A stretch of DNA of 42,254 bases, taken from the NCBI RefSeq assembly GCF_001194135.2, contig NC_068998.1:31605309-31647562 (forward strand), in the 5' to 3' direction. Position 1 is the first letter of the stretch. The number at the start of each line of letters is the position of its first letter. The translations under genes were made by a program, and so were the position numbers. Below, piece by piece: positions 9,452-22,584 of the stretch. Below the pieces are notes generated by a model. It was not told the DNA's origin and searched no databases. It saw only the letters and a program-made list of their open reading frames with translations. This DNA comes from Octopus bimaculoides (Eukaryota).

Positions 9452-10000
9452 ATGTATTATCTCTCATGCATTGCTTTCATTTTGTTTTAAACTTCGTCTT
9501 CTAATGTTTACTTTCATTTATCACATCTATCATGTACAAATCCAATTTTCTGATTGGGTAAAAATGATCAAACTTAAAATCTCTGTAATATTTTTCTAAA
9601 ATTTCTTTTTCTGGAATAAATGAATCACAAACTTGGTTACAGTGTAAAAAATACGTCAATAAACCAAATGTGAAAATTTTCACTTAATTTTAAAATTTCA
9701 AAATTTGTAATAACAACAGAAAATATCTCACTATTTGTCTATCTCTTTCACTTTTCACTTTTCTCATAGTAAACTCCCACTACCACTATATATACTTGCC
9801 ACATTCTCTCTCACTCTCTACAAAAGTATATAGCTTACTCTGAGTGTGTGTGTGCATGCATATGTGTAAATAATTTCATTAGGGTGACAGAATGATTTAA
9901 AAACGGTATGTAAAAAATGATTAATTTTAATAGCATACTTTCTGTTATTAAATGATTTTTCTTACACACGCACACATACAAATGTACACACATGCATGCA

Positions 10001-10054
<54 letters not shown>

Positions 10055-10750
10055 CACACACACACACACACGAACTAATCGAAATTACAAATTTTTTTGT
10101 TGCTCAAATCCCAACTTTTGACTACTGCATCATCATTCTATAAAATGTGTTTATGGGGAGAAAAATATTTAAAAACATCAATAAATGTGATAATGAAAAA
10201 GAAACGAGGAAGATACCAGGTGGTTGGGGAATGTGCTAGAAACAACAGCTAAATTTCCCTTAAATCACACACCTTTTCTTTTGAAAATTATTTTGAAATT
10301 ATAAACAGAAACAAATTGCAGATTTGGACTGTCTGTATTCTAAGACTAAGATTTTTTAAAATTTCAGAAAAAGCCCAAAACCTTAGGATTGGTGGGGCAG
10401 GGCAGGTTTAATGAAAAAACAAATTTGAAAAACTCCTGTCAAAATGGAGAAAATCCAACTCAATATGAGTGTGCTTTTTCCAAAAGTCTGCCAAAGCATT
10501 CTATTGTGAAAATTACCTGGCAATGATGAGATACTCAGCCAGTATATATAATCAACAGATGAGATCCAGAGATTCTTGGTGTAGAAAACACTTAGTAGTA
10601 CTTAAATGATTTGAACTTCGACTCCGATGTCTTTACGAAGTACCAATTCCATGGGGTAAAGAGTGGCTATAAGAAGAATCCAGGTGAGCAGATATGGAAG
10701 CAATTATGTGCATAAACAAATTAAATGTAACAGCTTGGGTTTGATATAAA

Positions 10751-10809
<59 letters not shown>

Positions 10810-11019
10810 CATGTAAACGGAAAGAAGGGAAAGGCTGCAGATTTTCAGGTGATGAATATTTAAGTATAAATGTATAGATATTTATATATTAATTGATCAA
10901 ACTTACACAGAGTACAAATGACAGTGAAAATTAAAGGGGAGGATGTAAGTCCAACAATTGCTTCTGGGAGCTTAGAGATCCGTTATAATGTTGATAGATG
11001 TAGTTCACCCAAATTTGCA

Positions 11020-11190
11020 GTCAACATTGGAAGCAAATAAACATTGGAGGAATTGAGCTTCTGTCATCATGATGCAGAGAAGTTTATATAAAATATGTAA
11101 TATTTCAAGGAGACAGAGTTGGCAATTCCAATTTCTAGTTGAGTAAGGTGTCCCCTTGTTGATGATACTCCATTTGATCTTGAAAGAATC
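11020..11190 (-). mobile_element. Penelope-like element C-terminal fragment (degenerate)
   Basis: Minus strand IKWSIINKGTPYSTRNWNCQLCLLEILHIL matches the IKWSI..PY..C.LCL.EK motif that follows the GIY-YIG domain in Penelope-like elements. Confidence 0.55.
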
Positions 11191-11783
11191 ATGATATATA
11201 AATACACAGGCACTTACACATATATGACCGGACATAAACTTAACTGCATATAAATATATTACTGCTCTATGCTTTAGAGAGCATTTCTTTTTTTGATATC
11301 TGAAACTTTGATTATATATATANNNNNNNNNNNNNNNNNNNNNNNNNNNNNNNNNNNNNNNNNNNNNNNNNNNNNNNNNNNNNNNNNNNNNNNNNNNNNN
11401 NNNNNNNNNNNNNNNNNNNNNNNNNNNNNNNNNNNNNNNNNNNNNNNNNNNNNNNNNNNNNNNNNNNNNNNNNNNNNNNNNNNNNNNNNNNNNNNNNNNN
11501 NNNNNNNNNNNNNNNNNNNNNNNNNNNNNNNNNNNNNNNNNNNNNNNNNNNNNNNNNNNNNNNNNNNNNNNNNNNNNNNNNNNNNNNNNNNNNNNNNNNN
11601 NNNNNNNNNNNNNNNNNNNNNNNNNNNNNNNNNNNNNNNNNNNNNNNNNNNNNNNNNNNNNNNNNNNNNNNNNNNNNNNNNNNNNNNNNNNNNNNNNNNN
11701 NNNNNNNNNNNNNNNNNNNNNNNNNNNNNNNNNNNNNNNNNNNNNNNNNNNNNNNNNNATATATATATATATATATATATATA

Positions 11784-12196
11784 GGTGCAAGCATGGCTGT
11801 GTGGTAAGAAACTTGCTTCTCAACCACATGGTTCCGGGTTCAGTTTCACTATGTAGCACCTTCAGCAAGTTTCTTCTACTATAGCTTTGGGCTGACCAAA
11901 GCCTTGTGAATGGATCTGGTAGATGGAAACTGAAAGAAGCCCCTTCATATATATGTATATGTACATGTATATATTTGTGTGTGTGTGTGTTTGTCCCTCT
12001 GTCGTCACTTGACAACTGATGCTGGTGTGTTTATATCCCTCTAACATAGCAGTTTACCAAAAGAGACTGATAGAATAAGTACTAGGCTTACAAAGAATAA
12101 GGTCTGGGGTTGATTTCTTCGACTAACACTCTTTAAGATGGTGCTCCAGCATGGCTGCAGTCAAATTACTGAAATAAGTAAAAGAATAAAAGAATA
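11784..12196 (+). mobile_element. tRNA-derived, CORE-like SINE, family B, complete, with an internal (TA)n(TG)n tract
   Basis: A-box TGGCTGTGTGG (11794) and B-box-like GGTTCAGTTTC (11837), CORE-like GCACCTTCAGCAAG, internal microsatellite ~11946-11990 and 3' tail GGTGCTCCAGCATGGCTGCAGTCAAATTACTGAAATAAGTAAAAGAATAAAAGAATA. Resembles octopus OR-type SINEs from memory. Confidence 0.85.
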
Positions 12197-14164
12197 TATA
12201 TTGGTTTTTAAGATAAGCATGCTCAAACAAGTCGAATGTTTATACAGAGAAGGTTTTACAGCCACATCATCCAAAACCTGTAAAACCTGCTCTGTGTAAA
12301 CATTCGACTTGTTTGGGCATGCTTACATTAAAAAACAATTTTTGAATGACTTTTTTCTGTCAGAATGCTAAAAATAACTGACCAACAAAAAAAAAAACCC
12401 AACCAAAATTCAACCAAATCAAAAAATAAACCCCAATACTAAGCAAACAAAGATGAACCATTCCACTTCCATTGCACATGCATGCACACACACATACAAA
12501 CACACACACATTCACATATTCCCTTTTACATACACACACATATATTCACACAGAGTTGAAACACTGTTTGATTTATTTTTTTCAGCGTAAAATTTTCATT
12601 ATCCCACTACCAAGTATGACATCACCCCTTCCTTTCTCATTCATAAACATAAGAGTATTATTATAGTAGATTATCTCGGTAACCATGGGAGCTATGAAAG
12701 AAATACAGCATCATCCCCCAGATCATTCTACACAACTGTGTAATTTTTTGCATAATTCCACCCAGCCGTTTGACCATAAATCCCAAGACAAGAAAGAATC
12801 GCCCATGTCAAATTTATACGTATAGATATATATATCAGTTTCTTATCTCTTCTGGAACAGACAATGTGTACTTTTATGCTTAAAAATTGTCTCTTGCTAT
12901 GTTGAGGCATTCTTGTGATATGTGGCTGTGGAACAGTGCATATTTAGTATTTCAAAAACTTTATTCTGGGACCAGTTTTATATTACTTAGTTGCACATCC
13001 ATACAGCATGTAACACAATACATTTTGTGCATATAAACATTTTTATATATTATATATATATATATATANNNNNNNNNNATATATTTATATATACATATAT
13101 TTATATATTATTTTATATATTATTCCCATCTTTATAGTGTTTAAAATGTTTATACCTATACTATGTTGTGATCAGTTTCATTTCTGATCTTTGTTGGGGT
13201 TCATAGACACAGAATGAGATGTGCATTCCTAATAGCATTCTATTGCATACAGAAAAGTTCTGCTGTCATGAAAAATGATAAAATAATCCCTGAAGTCTCT
13301 CCACACTGTATGTAACATAATTCATTTTGTGTCAGTAAGTTCACTTTGCCTTGCTGAAAGATATCTATTAGATGCATGTGACAAAACGAGAGAATATTGT
13401 ATTTTATTTAGTCTAGGTAGGTGAAAATTACGATAGTTAAATATACTTCAGTCATTCAAAGTGTAAGTTGAGATTGATAATATCTCTCACTTTCAAAATG
13501 AAAGACTTGTAGAGTAATTAGTAAATGTTATGCGAAGAAATGAGAAGCAAGTGAGTCCAAATATCCAGTTCTCAGTGACACAGCAGTACTAATTGTAACT
13601 TTAATCTGAAACAATATTTATCTCAAAAGACTGTATTTACATGTGGAAAAAATGGCATCATATATTGGTAGGTCAAATTCATCTACATTTGATGGACAAA
13701 ACTTTAAATAGTTTGTTTAATCTCTCACTCATCAACTAAAGTTTTGTGATTTTCTTAAGGTTATTTTACAGGTGTCTCATAGAGCTTAAACATACAATCT
13801 TTTGATCAGTTTCATTGTACAAACTTTGTATACTGTATCATACTCATGAAGAAATTATCAATTAGACTCTAAAATTTTCATCATCACTGAAATTATCCTA
13901 CTAGCTATTTAAATCCATTATCTGGTCCATTAAATTATTAAGCAATGAAAACTAATCTTTATATTTGATTTGTTGATATGATTCTCTCTCTAAGGCATAA
14001 ATAGGTCATGAATTCTTTACATTTGAAATTAACATCATAAGCTAATCTTAGTTAAAAATTCTGTGTTAATCTTACTTGCAACACAAAAATTATGTATGGC
14101 CTGTAATGCATGACCATGATACTATAATAGCATTGCTGGGTTGCCAACAATGCTATTATATAAC

Positions 14165-14612
14165 TATGATGCTGATACACCACTGGAGATTATGCCTTCC
14201 TGAATAACCTGATTAACTATATGGGCAACTAGACCATATCCAACTCTACCAGATATCTTAAGTATCTCAGCAGTGACCCCCGATGTTACTAGGGACGTTC
14301 CCTGTCTTCATATTGCCTTATCTTTCATGCTGCTGACAACTTGAATAACTAGTCTCTTTGTTGGGTTCACATGGGGGAGACTACCTTTGTCTCATTTATT
14401 CTCCACATTGAATAGCCTTTCATAGTAGCTCTTCCACACTTCTTTCTTTTCAGGGTCATTAAGAGCAAGCATTCCATTATCCATCCATACACACTTCTCT
14501 CTCACAACATCTCGATTCTCTCTAAAATACTGTCTGGCAATCTGGAACATCTCAAGTTTCTGATCTTCATGCTGTAAGACATAGACAAACCTCTTCCTTT
14601 TTGCATCTACCA
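14165..14612 (-). mobile_element. Old RTE LINE fragment (linker between endonuclease and RT)
   Basis: AKRKRFVYVLQHEDQKLEMFQIARQ..VVREKCVWMDNGMLAL..W..YYERLFNVEN is homologous to the 25600-25990 part of the large RTE copy. Confidence 0.7.
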
Positions 14613-15067
14613 TAAGTGTGTACATGAATAATGCATTACACATAGAAACATGCATGTGGGACCCACAGGTTACTTATATGCATTACATGTATCCATGTGG
14701 CTATGCACCCATAAAACAGTTCACAAACTGTAATATTGTCAAGTACAGTATCTATATATAAATACACACATACACACATCATGCATACACATACATATAA
14801 TTATGTGCGTAAATAAATACCCATAGTTCTCCCATAAACATGCTCATATGTGAGCAGGATAAACAAATATATATGAGCATTGATACATGTGTATGTGCTT
14901 GAATATCCATCACAAAGCTGGCTGTGTTGAAATACGATTCAGATCAGATTGCATAAATAAATGGTCCTCCATGAAGAATTTCCAGGAGAGAATTGAAAAT
15001 TTCTGATTTTCCAACTGAAATTGAAAGTAGCTAGTGAGTGAGTGAGTGAGTGAGTGAGTGAGTGAGT

Positions 15068-15110
<43 letters not shown>

Positions 15111-15269
15111 TGTAATATCAAAGGGAGAGAAAGGGGGAATTGAAAATTTCTGGTAGAAATTGAAAGTTGAACCTGTAAGAGAGATTGATAGACAGGTTGG
15201 CATATATCCATAATATCACATACAGAGAGATAGGGAGAGAGAGAGAGAGAGGGAGAGAGAGAGAGAGAG

Positions 15270-15317
<48 letters not shown>

Positions 15318-15978
15318 GTCTTTTATACTGGTGGATTGTAGTGTCACCATTGTAAAGAACAAAGACAAAATCATCTCTCTAACAGTTGTACTAAAATCTA
15401 AATAAAGACTGCAGCCACGAATGTAAATTCGAATTCAATAACACACTGTTCTGTAACCTAAAAACATACTTAATCAAAACTGACAAAGCAAGACCTATCC
15501 ACCCACGGAGTAAAATTTTAGGGAGAAAAGACAACTTGAGAACCTCCTCATCCTCATACACAGGAAATATTTATTTTTTTCTTCATGCACTATGGCAATT
15601 TACATCCAATCATCTATGTGTCATTTATAGATCCACTGAAGACTCGAAACAGTATGGAGGTGTTCTCCTTAAGTGTATGAAATTGGTGAATCTTATATTG
15701 AAAGTGAAGATGAGAAATCTTATATAGACTTATTTATTGTTGGTAAGAATCACTTGCAATCAGGCTGTCTTAATGGATGCTTTAGTTTGAGGATAAAAAA
15801 TACATAAGGATAAAGAATATATAGTCATGACTGTTGACTAAAAGCACAAGAATAGTTATTGTATATTAAATGCAATGAGTGAACAATGTACTTGACTTTC
15901 TTGCAAATACAAAGTTCAGTAATTACATGATTTTCTAACATGCACTCAAATCCATATATTCTGTGGAGAGATTTACTT

Positions 15979-16072
15979 GATTAAATCGACTTCAAGGAGT
16001 TCACTAATACCTAATTTTATTGACCTAAGTGAGATGAAAACTAAAGTCAGTCTTATTCAGACTTTGACATCA
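15979..16072 (-). mobile_element. Diverged SINE-A fragment
   Basis: GATTAAATCGAC..TAATTTTATTGACC..GATGAAAACTAAAGTC resembles the reverse complement of the SINE-A central region. Confidence 0.45.
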
Positions 16073-16972
16073 AAAAGTGGAATAACCATATTGATTGCTC
16101 ATATAACTGGGTCTAGACTAGGCCTGTTGTGAAGGAACTTTAGAGTTAGAATAATAAGTTACTAGTTTCTAGTTGAGAATTTGAAGAAAGAAAATAGGTT
16201 GAGATGGGAACCCAGTAGGGGGATTATAAGGAAATCTGAAGGGATTCCCTTATAACAACTGCCATCAAGGCATACTACATGCTTAAAGGAGTTAAACCAT
16301 GAGGAACATTGAGAGTAAATGTAACAGAATATGTCAACTAATAATATGTTAACAAAGTACGTTAATATAACAAAATATGTTAATTTTTGCATGCACAAAT
16401 GTGTGTGTGTGTACACATGCACATGCAAATATGCACACATGTTGTGTGTGACATATGTGAGTCGTTATGTGTGTATGTTCGATCAGGTCAGTGGGTGCAT
16501 GTACCATTGCAGCATGTCACTATTTGCTATTTGCTTGGGTCATCTCAGACAACCCATTGAGCAGTGTCTCAATCAGTCTGCATCTCTCCAAGATAATTCC
16601 TCATCTGCTGTGAACATGTGGTATGTGGCCAACTAACACAAACCATCACCCTAGCTTGATTCTTGGAGAACATGGTATGCAGGACCTAGGTAACTTGGAA
16701 AGTCAAGCAATATGACCAAGTAGTCAGAGCTGATGCTCCCAAATCATTCAAGTAACATGGTGCATACTAATTTCTTAGTATAATCAGTGGTCGGATACAA
16801 AATCCAGCCAACAGTTATCCATAATCTTGCAAAGTGTCCTGATACCAAAAGAGTTCGGACAGCTGTTAAGAGCCCTGGATAACAATGTTCAAGTCTTGCA
16901 GTTATAGTGTGTGTGTAACTTTTATACACACATGTTGGTGGAGGATGTCAGTCATTTGATGATAAAAATTAA

Positions 16973-17581
16973 GTGGATCTTTTTTAAAACGGGGACCACA
17001 TGTTTCATTAACGAAACACTTTGAAACTTGGAACACTGGTAGAATGTGTCATATAAAACATCTTTTTCTCTTAGTCTTCTTAAAAAAAAAAGAAATCCAT
17101 AAATTAGTCCATGTTAAAGTTGTCGTATTTCTGTAATTTCAACCAATCACTGACGTCCATTCAGCCGATATACATTAAGTGCCGACTACAACATAAACAA
17201 ACGATTCTGAAACAATTAACCCTAACCCTAACCCTAACTCTAACCCTAAGCCTAACCCTAGGGTTAGGGTTAGGGTTAGGGTTAGGGTTAGAGTTAGGGT
17301 TAGGGTTAAAGCAAATTTAAAATGAAAAAAGCAAATAAAACGAAGAATCGTTTGTTTATGTAGTCGGCACGTAATGTATATCGGCTGAATGGACGCCAGT
17401 GATTGGTTGAAATTATCGAAATAAGACAATTTTTTACATGAAATAAATTCGAATACAAAAATATTTTTCTGTTCTATAACACAAAATAGATAAGTATACG
17501 AAGTTTGAAAGTCTTTCGGTACCAAAAACACTACGTAAAACATTAATGAAAAATGTGGCCCCCGTTTTAAAAAAGATCCAA
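16973..17581. mobile_element. TTAA-flanked 609-bp fold-back non-autonomous DNA element with a telomeric-repeat palindrome core
   Basis: ~39-bp TIRs (16973-17011 and 17543-17581), TTAA at 16969-16972 and 17582-17585, highly similar inner inverted arms (17121-17208 and 17344-17428), and weaker similarity in the segments between. Confidence 0.9.
17217..17308. repeat. Interstitial telomeric palindrome (TAACCC)7-TA-(GGGTTA)8
   Basis: Direct reading. The symmetry centre AACCCT|AGGGTT is at 17259/17260 with no spacer. Variant units TAACTC (17235) and GAGTTA (17291) are reverse complements of each other. Confidence 0.95.
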
Positions 17582-18155
17582 TTAAGTTGTTCAATCATCC
17601 TAATTACCTGCTCCTGAATTAATGTGTCAGTGACTGAACATTCAACAGACATGTGTACCCATGATTTTCTGACAGAATCAGCATGATACAATGTGTGATA
17701 AGATTGTACCTCATGAATTACAGGTACAATTCCCTTGATGTTTTCTGTAAAGTTTCTGTCTACAAGATGGATTGTCTCACAAGGTATGAGTTGACCTGAG
17801 GCTATTGAATATAGCATTAACATTGAAGCCGGAACCACATGGTTACATAGAAATCTTCTCAGTCATTCAAGTTGACATACATACACACATATGCACATGT
17901 ATGTGTATGTGTGTGAAAGAAAGAAACAGAGTAGCTTATATTATCTAAAGCGAGAATATTTTCCATACCAAATAGCAGTGAAAATGGCTTTTTTAGAAGT
18001 CAAATATGCCCTATACATATTTGAACTGATCTAAATGTTTGGTTAATTCACAATACTGCTTCATGTGCCTACAACATATACATATATACATATTCATATA
18101 TGCATACATACATGCATACATACATGCATACATACATACATACATACATACACAC

Positions 18156-19448
18156 ATATCATACAAAGGTACTTGTAACAAGGAACGTGTTACTAAGGAA
18201 TATAGAAATCGGGTTAGGAAAATATGGACCTCGAAACTCTCTGCATTCAATAAAGCAATAGCCCGCAATGTGTTTGCAGTACCAGTACTCGTACCGACAT
18301 TCGGGATACTTGACTGGACGATCAATGAAATCCAAGCCCTTGATGTGAAGACCCGGAAAATACTAACGAGCATGAACAACTTTCACATCAATAGCGATGT
18401 AGACCGCCTATACCTAAAACGAAATAAAGGAGGGAGGGGCCTAACATCAGTTCAGACTGCCTTTGAATGCCTTGTCATATCTCTTAGACATCATCTCATA
18501 ACCACAAAGTGTCGAAGTGCACCCCTTGATGAAGTCTGCAGACATGAGGTAAATACTTTCATGAGATTGGGAAGGCAACTACTTGACAAGCATTCCTTAT
18601 TCGACAACCTAGAACTCTTACCCAAACAAATTGCAAGACTCTACCGTAACATAACATCAGAGGAGAGGATGAATGCATTCCAACAGAAGACATGATATTG
18701 TGGCCAAGACACTGTACAATGTAATCCGCCGACAGGATAACCCTGGGGCTAAGGAGATGAAAACCCATAATGAGGTAGAGGCCATTACCACTCACAATAT
18801 GAAAGAGTATTGGTGGAATGTCCCAATAAAAACCTCAATAAAATGCAGACATAATAGACCGGATATAGTAATCTGGGACAGAGAAGAGAAACTGTGTACA
18901 GTAGTAGAAATCAGCTGTCCTGCGGATGTCAACATCACACTAAAGATTAGAGAAAAAGAGAACAACTACGCCGAGCTACTGAGAAATTTGCAGATACTCC
19001 ACCCAGACTACAAGTTCATATTCATACCCGTGATTGTTGGGGCATTGGGATATNNNNNNNNNNNNNNNNNNNNNNNNNNNNNNNNNNNNNNNNNNNNNNN
19101 NNNNNNNNNCTCAAAACTTGAAAGAAAAAGGCTGATTAGAAGACTACAGATTCAAGCCATCAATGGAACTGTAAAGATATGTAAAACTTTCCAAAAATTT
19201 AGCACATAAATACATATGCATGTATCTAGACATGAAAATATATCCATAAAAACGCATCCATAAAACAAACATACAAATCTGTGCATACACTAACACCAAA
19301 TACTGCACACACACACACATATGCACAAATACCTTGATGATGTTGATAAAAGTTCCAATGAAGGAGCCTTGAATCTATGTTAGAGTCCGGCTCTTTCTCT
19401 ATTGACAAGAAATACAGAAATGAAACTGATTGATAACATACATACATA
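18156..19448 (+). mobile_element. R4/Dong-like RLE element, 5'-truncated, internal deletion of the CCHC region (copy C)
   Basis: ORF 18039-18695 (..KLSAFNKAIARNVFAVPVL..DVDRLYLKRNKGGRGL) and ORF 18673-19209 (RHD, RPDIVIWD..EISCP). (CATA)n at 18103-18150 upstream and (CATA)3 tail at 19437-19448. Confidence 0.9.
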
Positions 19449-19458
19449 TATATGTGTA

Positions 19459-19655
19459 TGAGAGAGTGCTGAAAAGTTTCTGGTTTTGAGTAAAAGAAAA
19501 TACAGGAGAATCAGTTAATTATGATTTCATTTAACATATTCCCCTGTCAGATTGACACACTTATTGCAGCAGTTCTTCAGCCCTGTTAAAAAACTTGGAA
19601 AGTTGGTCCTCCAGCCAGGCCTTTCATGATACCCTTAAAGCTTTTCAGAATCTCG
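19459..19655. mobile_element. Tc1/mariner-type MITE (diverged)
   Basis: TA|TGAGAGAGTGCTGAAAAGTT ... AAGCTTTTCAGAATCTCG|TA: degenerate mariner-like TIRs with TA flanks. Confidence 0.65.
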
Positions 19656-20137
19656 TATATACATTTTCTACCATGAAAGCATAAGTTTAACCCTAAAATG
19701 AAAATTTAAATGAACCCTATATAGATATTTTTAACCCTTGGGATATGTACCTATTCTCCACCCACTCAGTTATGCTCCTAATTGCAAATAATGTAAATTT
19801 GTAATTTCATAAAGAAAAGCAACTCCACATTCATATTGTTGCCAACTATAACAGTTCAAAAAGAGAAAAAACATACTGAAGAGTTAGTGAGCAGAGAGGA
19901 CCATAATGAAAAATGTATTTGATTAGTGCGGTTTAAGGGAGATTTGGTTACATGGCCAAATAACTTCCTCCTTTTGGCTCTAAGAAATTGTGTAATTTAT
20001 TGTTACACATTTAATATAAAGGCATAAAAGTACTATACTTCTATGGATGCTAAGGATTGTTTCCTGCTAACTTGAACTTGAATTTGTCAGTAATTTTTCA
20101 GTTGTGTTCATATTTTATCAAGAGTAAGACAAAAATT

Positions 20138-21070
20138 GCTGGGAGATTGTCGGAGGAATTCAGGGTCAGCATGGGAGTTAGGCAGAGCTGTTTGTTGTCA
20201 CCAGGATGGCCTACACCAGGAAAGGTATTCAGTGGACACTGATGAACAAGCTGGAGGACGTGGACTACGCAGATGATCTCGTGCTACTGTCACATCGCCT
20301 GCAAGACATGCAAGATAAGGTAGACCACCTGAGAGAAACTTCAGGGCGAGTGGGCTTGAGGATCAGCCAGGAAAAGACAAAAGTGCTGCATATCAACAAC
20401 AAGCAGGAAGAGCCAATCACAACTGAGGGGGCACCTGTGGAGGACGTTAGTGAGTTTGTCTATCTTGGCAGCAAGATCAGCAAATCAGGTGGATCAGACA
20501 AGGACATCACTGCAAGAAGCAAGAAGGCTTGGCAAGCCTTCACTATTCTTCAGCCGGTATGGAAGTCCACTGCCATTTCAACTCGAACTAAACTCTACTT
20601 ATTTAGTTCAAATGTAAAATCTGTGCTTTTGTATGGCTCTGAAACATGGAGAGTCACCTGCAGCAACTACAAGAAGATCCAGACCTTCATCAACAAATGT
20701 CTCCGGCAGATCCTCCATCTGAAATGGTTCGACAGAGTGCCAAACATCGACCTGTGGGAAAGGGCCAACCATGAGCCCATACATGTTCAAATTAGACGAA
20801 GGAAATGGAGATGGATCGGACACACACTGCGGAAAGAACCCTCAAATGTGACACGACAAGCACTTGACTGGAACCCACAAGGGAATAGAAAGCAAGGACG
20901 TCTGAAGCAGATATAGAAGCGGAGCATTTTGGATGAGCTCAGGACCACTGGCCTGACATAGGAAGCAGCCAAAAAAGACGCCAATGACTGCAAAAAGTGG
21001 AAAATAACTGTTGAGGCCCTATGCTCCACAATGGGAAAATAGGATTAAGAAGAAGAAGAAGAAGAAGAAG
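20138..21070 (+). mobile_element. Young 5'-truncated RTE-clade LINE
   Basis: GVRQSCLLSP, then ORF 20206-20916 with DVDYADDLVLLSH (YADD at 20266-20277), FVYLGS and RKWRWIGHTLRK. (AAG)n tail. 12-bp TSD AAGACAAAAATT at 20126-20137 and 21068-21079. A short internal deletion follows LSP. Confidence 0.92.
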
Positions 21071-21858
21071 ACAAAAATTAGGATTGCTGCAAATTATTGT
21101 AATTGACTGAATATTGCAATCCATATCTATTGATAACGGTCTAAGATGAGAAATGTGAGAAAGAGTAAAGAATTTTCCTATAAAATTACATGTTGATCAA
21201 AACTAAAAAGGAGAATTTATTTGCATGCAAGATAAAAATAATAAACAAATGAAACTTATAGCATTTTTTCAGAATAATATTATAGAACCATTGAAGTGAC
21301 TAAATCAGTTGCAAAAATATTTCAAATCACTAATTTTTTTTCTGATTGATTTAAAATGATACCAGCCACAAGAATGAGTTTTATGAAAATTGTTTGTTAG
21401 ATCTTGTTTAACTTATAAAAACCTTCAGTTTAAAAGATTACTGAATGAATAAATTGCATTTGAGTTTTATCAGCATTACACCAAAGGTTTAAATATATCA
21501 ATTGATATTAGTATATGTCATCAAAACAAAAGAATTAACGATTTGACACAAGTATAATCTTTGTGAATCTAAAAAGTAGTGAACTGATTATGAACAGTAA
21601 TATATATGCCTTTAGTCTTTTCAAAAATTGTGCTTAATGGTTTCAATATACCTAAACATATTACAGGTAACCAAAATTCAAAGAATAGTTGTACGTCAGA
21701 AGTTGTAATTTTTATAGTATAATTAGTTTGAATGCTTCATTTATTGCCTCACCACAGATAATAAATAATTTAAGTCTATTATCAATAAAACCTCTAGTTT
21801 TTGCTGGAAATGGGGAGGCATTAAATAAATTCAGTTATAAAAAGCCTCTTCTTTTGAA

Positions 21859-22053
21859 CAAGCATGGATGTAGTAAAAAGTTTGCTTCCCAACCACATGG
21901 TTCTGGGTTCAGTCTTGCATGGCACCTTGGGAAAACTGTTTTCTACTGTAGGCTCAGGCTGATCAAAGCCGTGTGAATGCATTTGGTTGATGGAAACTGA
22001 AAGAAGTTCATTATAATTATGCATATGTGTGTGTATATATATATATATATATA
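21859..22053 (+). mobile_element. SINE-B 5' half (tRNA head, core and start of the microsatellite)
   Basis: Aligns with 11788-11960 and stops at the internal (TG)(TA)n tract. Confidence 0.8.
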
Positions 22054-22584
22054 TTATTTAAAAGAGCTCCAACTCTGTCTGTTTTTTATGTTTTATTTAT
22101 ATTCTTATTCTTATAAAATTAATGTAGGATATAGAATATGGAAGAGATAATATAAATAGTAAAATGAAATGAAGTATTGAATGTCTTATTGAATATATGA
22201 AATATTGAGTATTAAATATAGAGTATTAAATATATAAGAACTAGTATAAACTTGGCATCATCTCTAAAAATAGCCAAACACCTACTGCTGCTGTCCAAAG
22301 GAATATGTATAAAAGACAAAAGAACAGCCAGTCAACAACAGTACATCTGTCAGACCTTGATGACTGCCATGAGGCAGGAAAGTATACTAGTCCTTATATA
22401 TTTAATACTCTATATTTAATACTCAATATTTCATATATTCAATAAGACATTCAATACTTCATTTCATTTTACTATTTATATTATATATTCCATATTCTAT
22501 ATCCCACATTAATTTTATAAGAATAAGAATATAAATAAAACATAAATAAAACATAAAAAACAGAGTTGGAATTCTTTTAAATAA
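22054..22584. mobile_element. AT-rich fold-back element with ~200-bp arms, inserted in (TA)n
   Basis: Arms 22054-22248 and 22383-22584 are reverse complements (about 6 substitutions and 2 indels by eye), with a 134-bp non-repetitive spacer and (TA)n on both sides. Confidence 0.9.

Noticed and set aside
15631-15685. Possible 55-nt internal exon (STEDSKQYGGVLLKCMKL), phase-compatible with another at 34449-34503 (NFQWQYHRTLEVDAAVRW)
   Set aside because: The donors are weak and the peptides unrecognised; this cannot be told from chance without spliced reads.
17217-17308. Ancient chromosome end-to-end fusion site
   Set aside because: Fusions give (TTAGGG)n followed by (CCCTAA)n. Here the order is reversed and the tract lies inside TIRs with TTAA flanks.
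16744-17838. Host ORF interrupted by the telomeric fold-back element
   Set aside because: Removing the element extends the minus-strand frame by only ~17 codons before a stop. Linking it to ORF 16744-16929 needs a frameshift, and the peptide has no motif I recognise.
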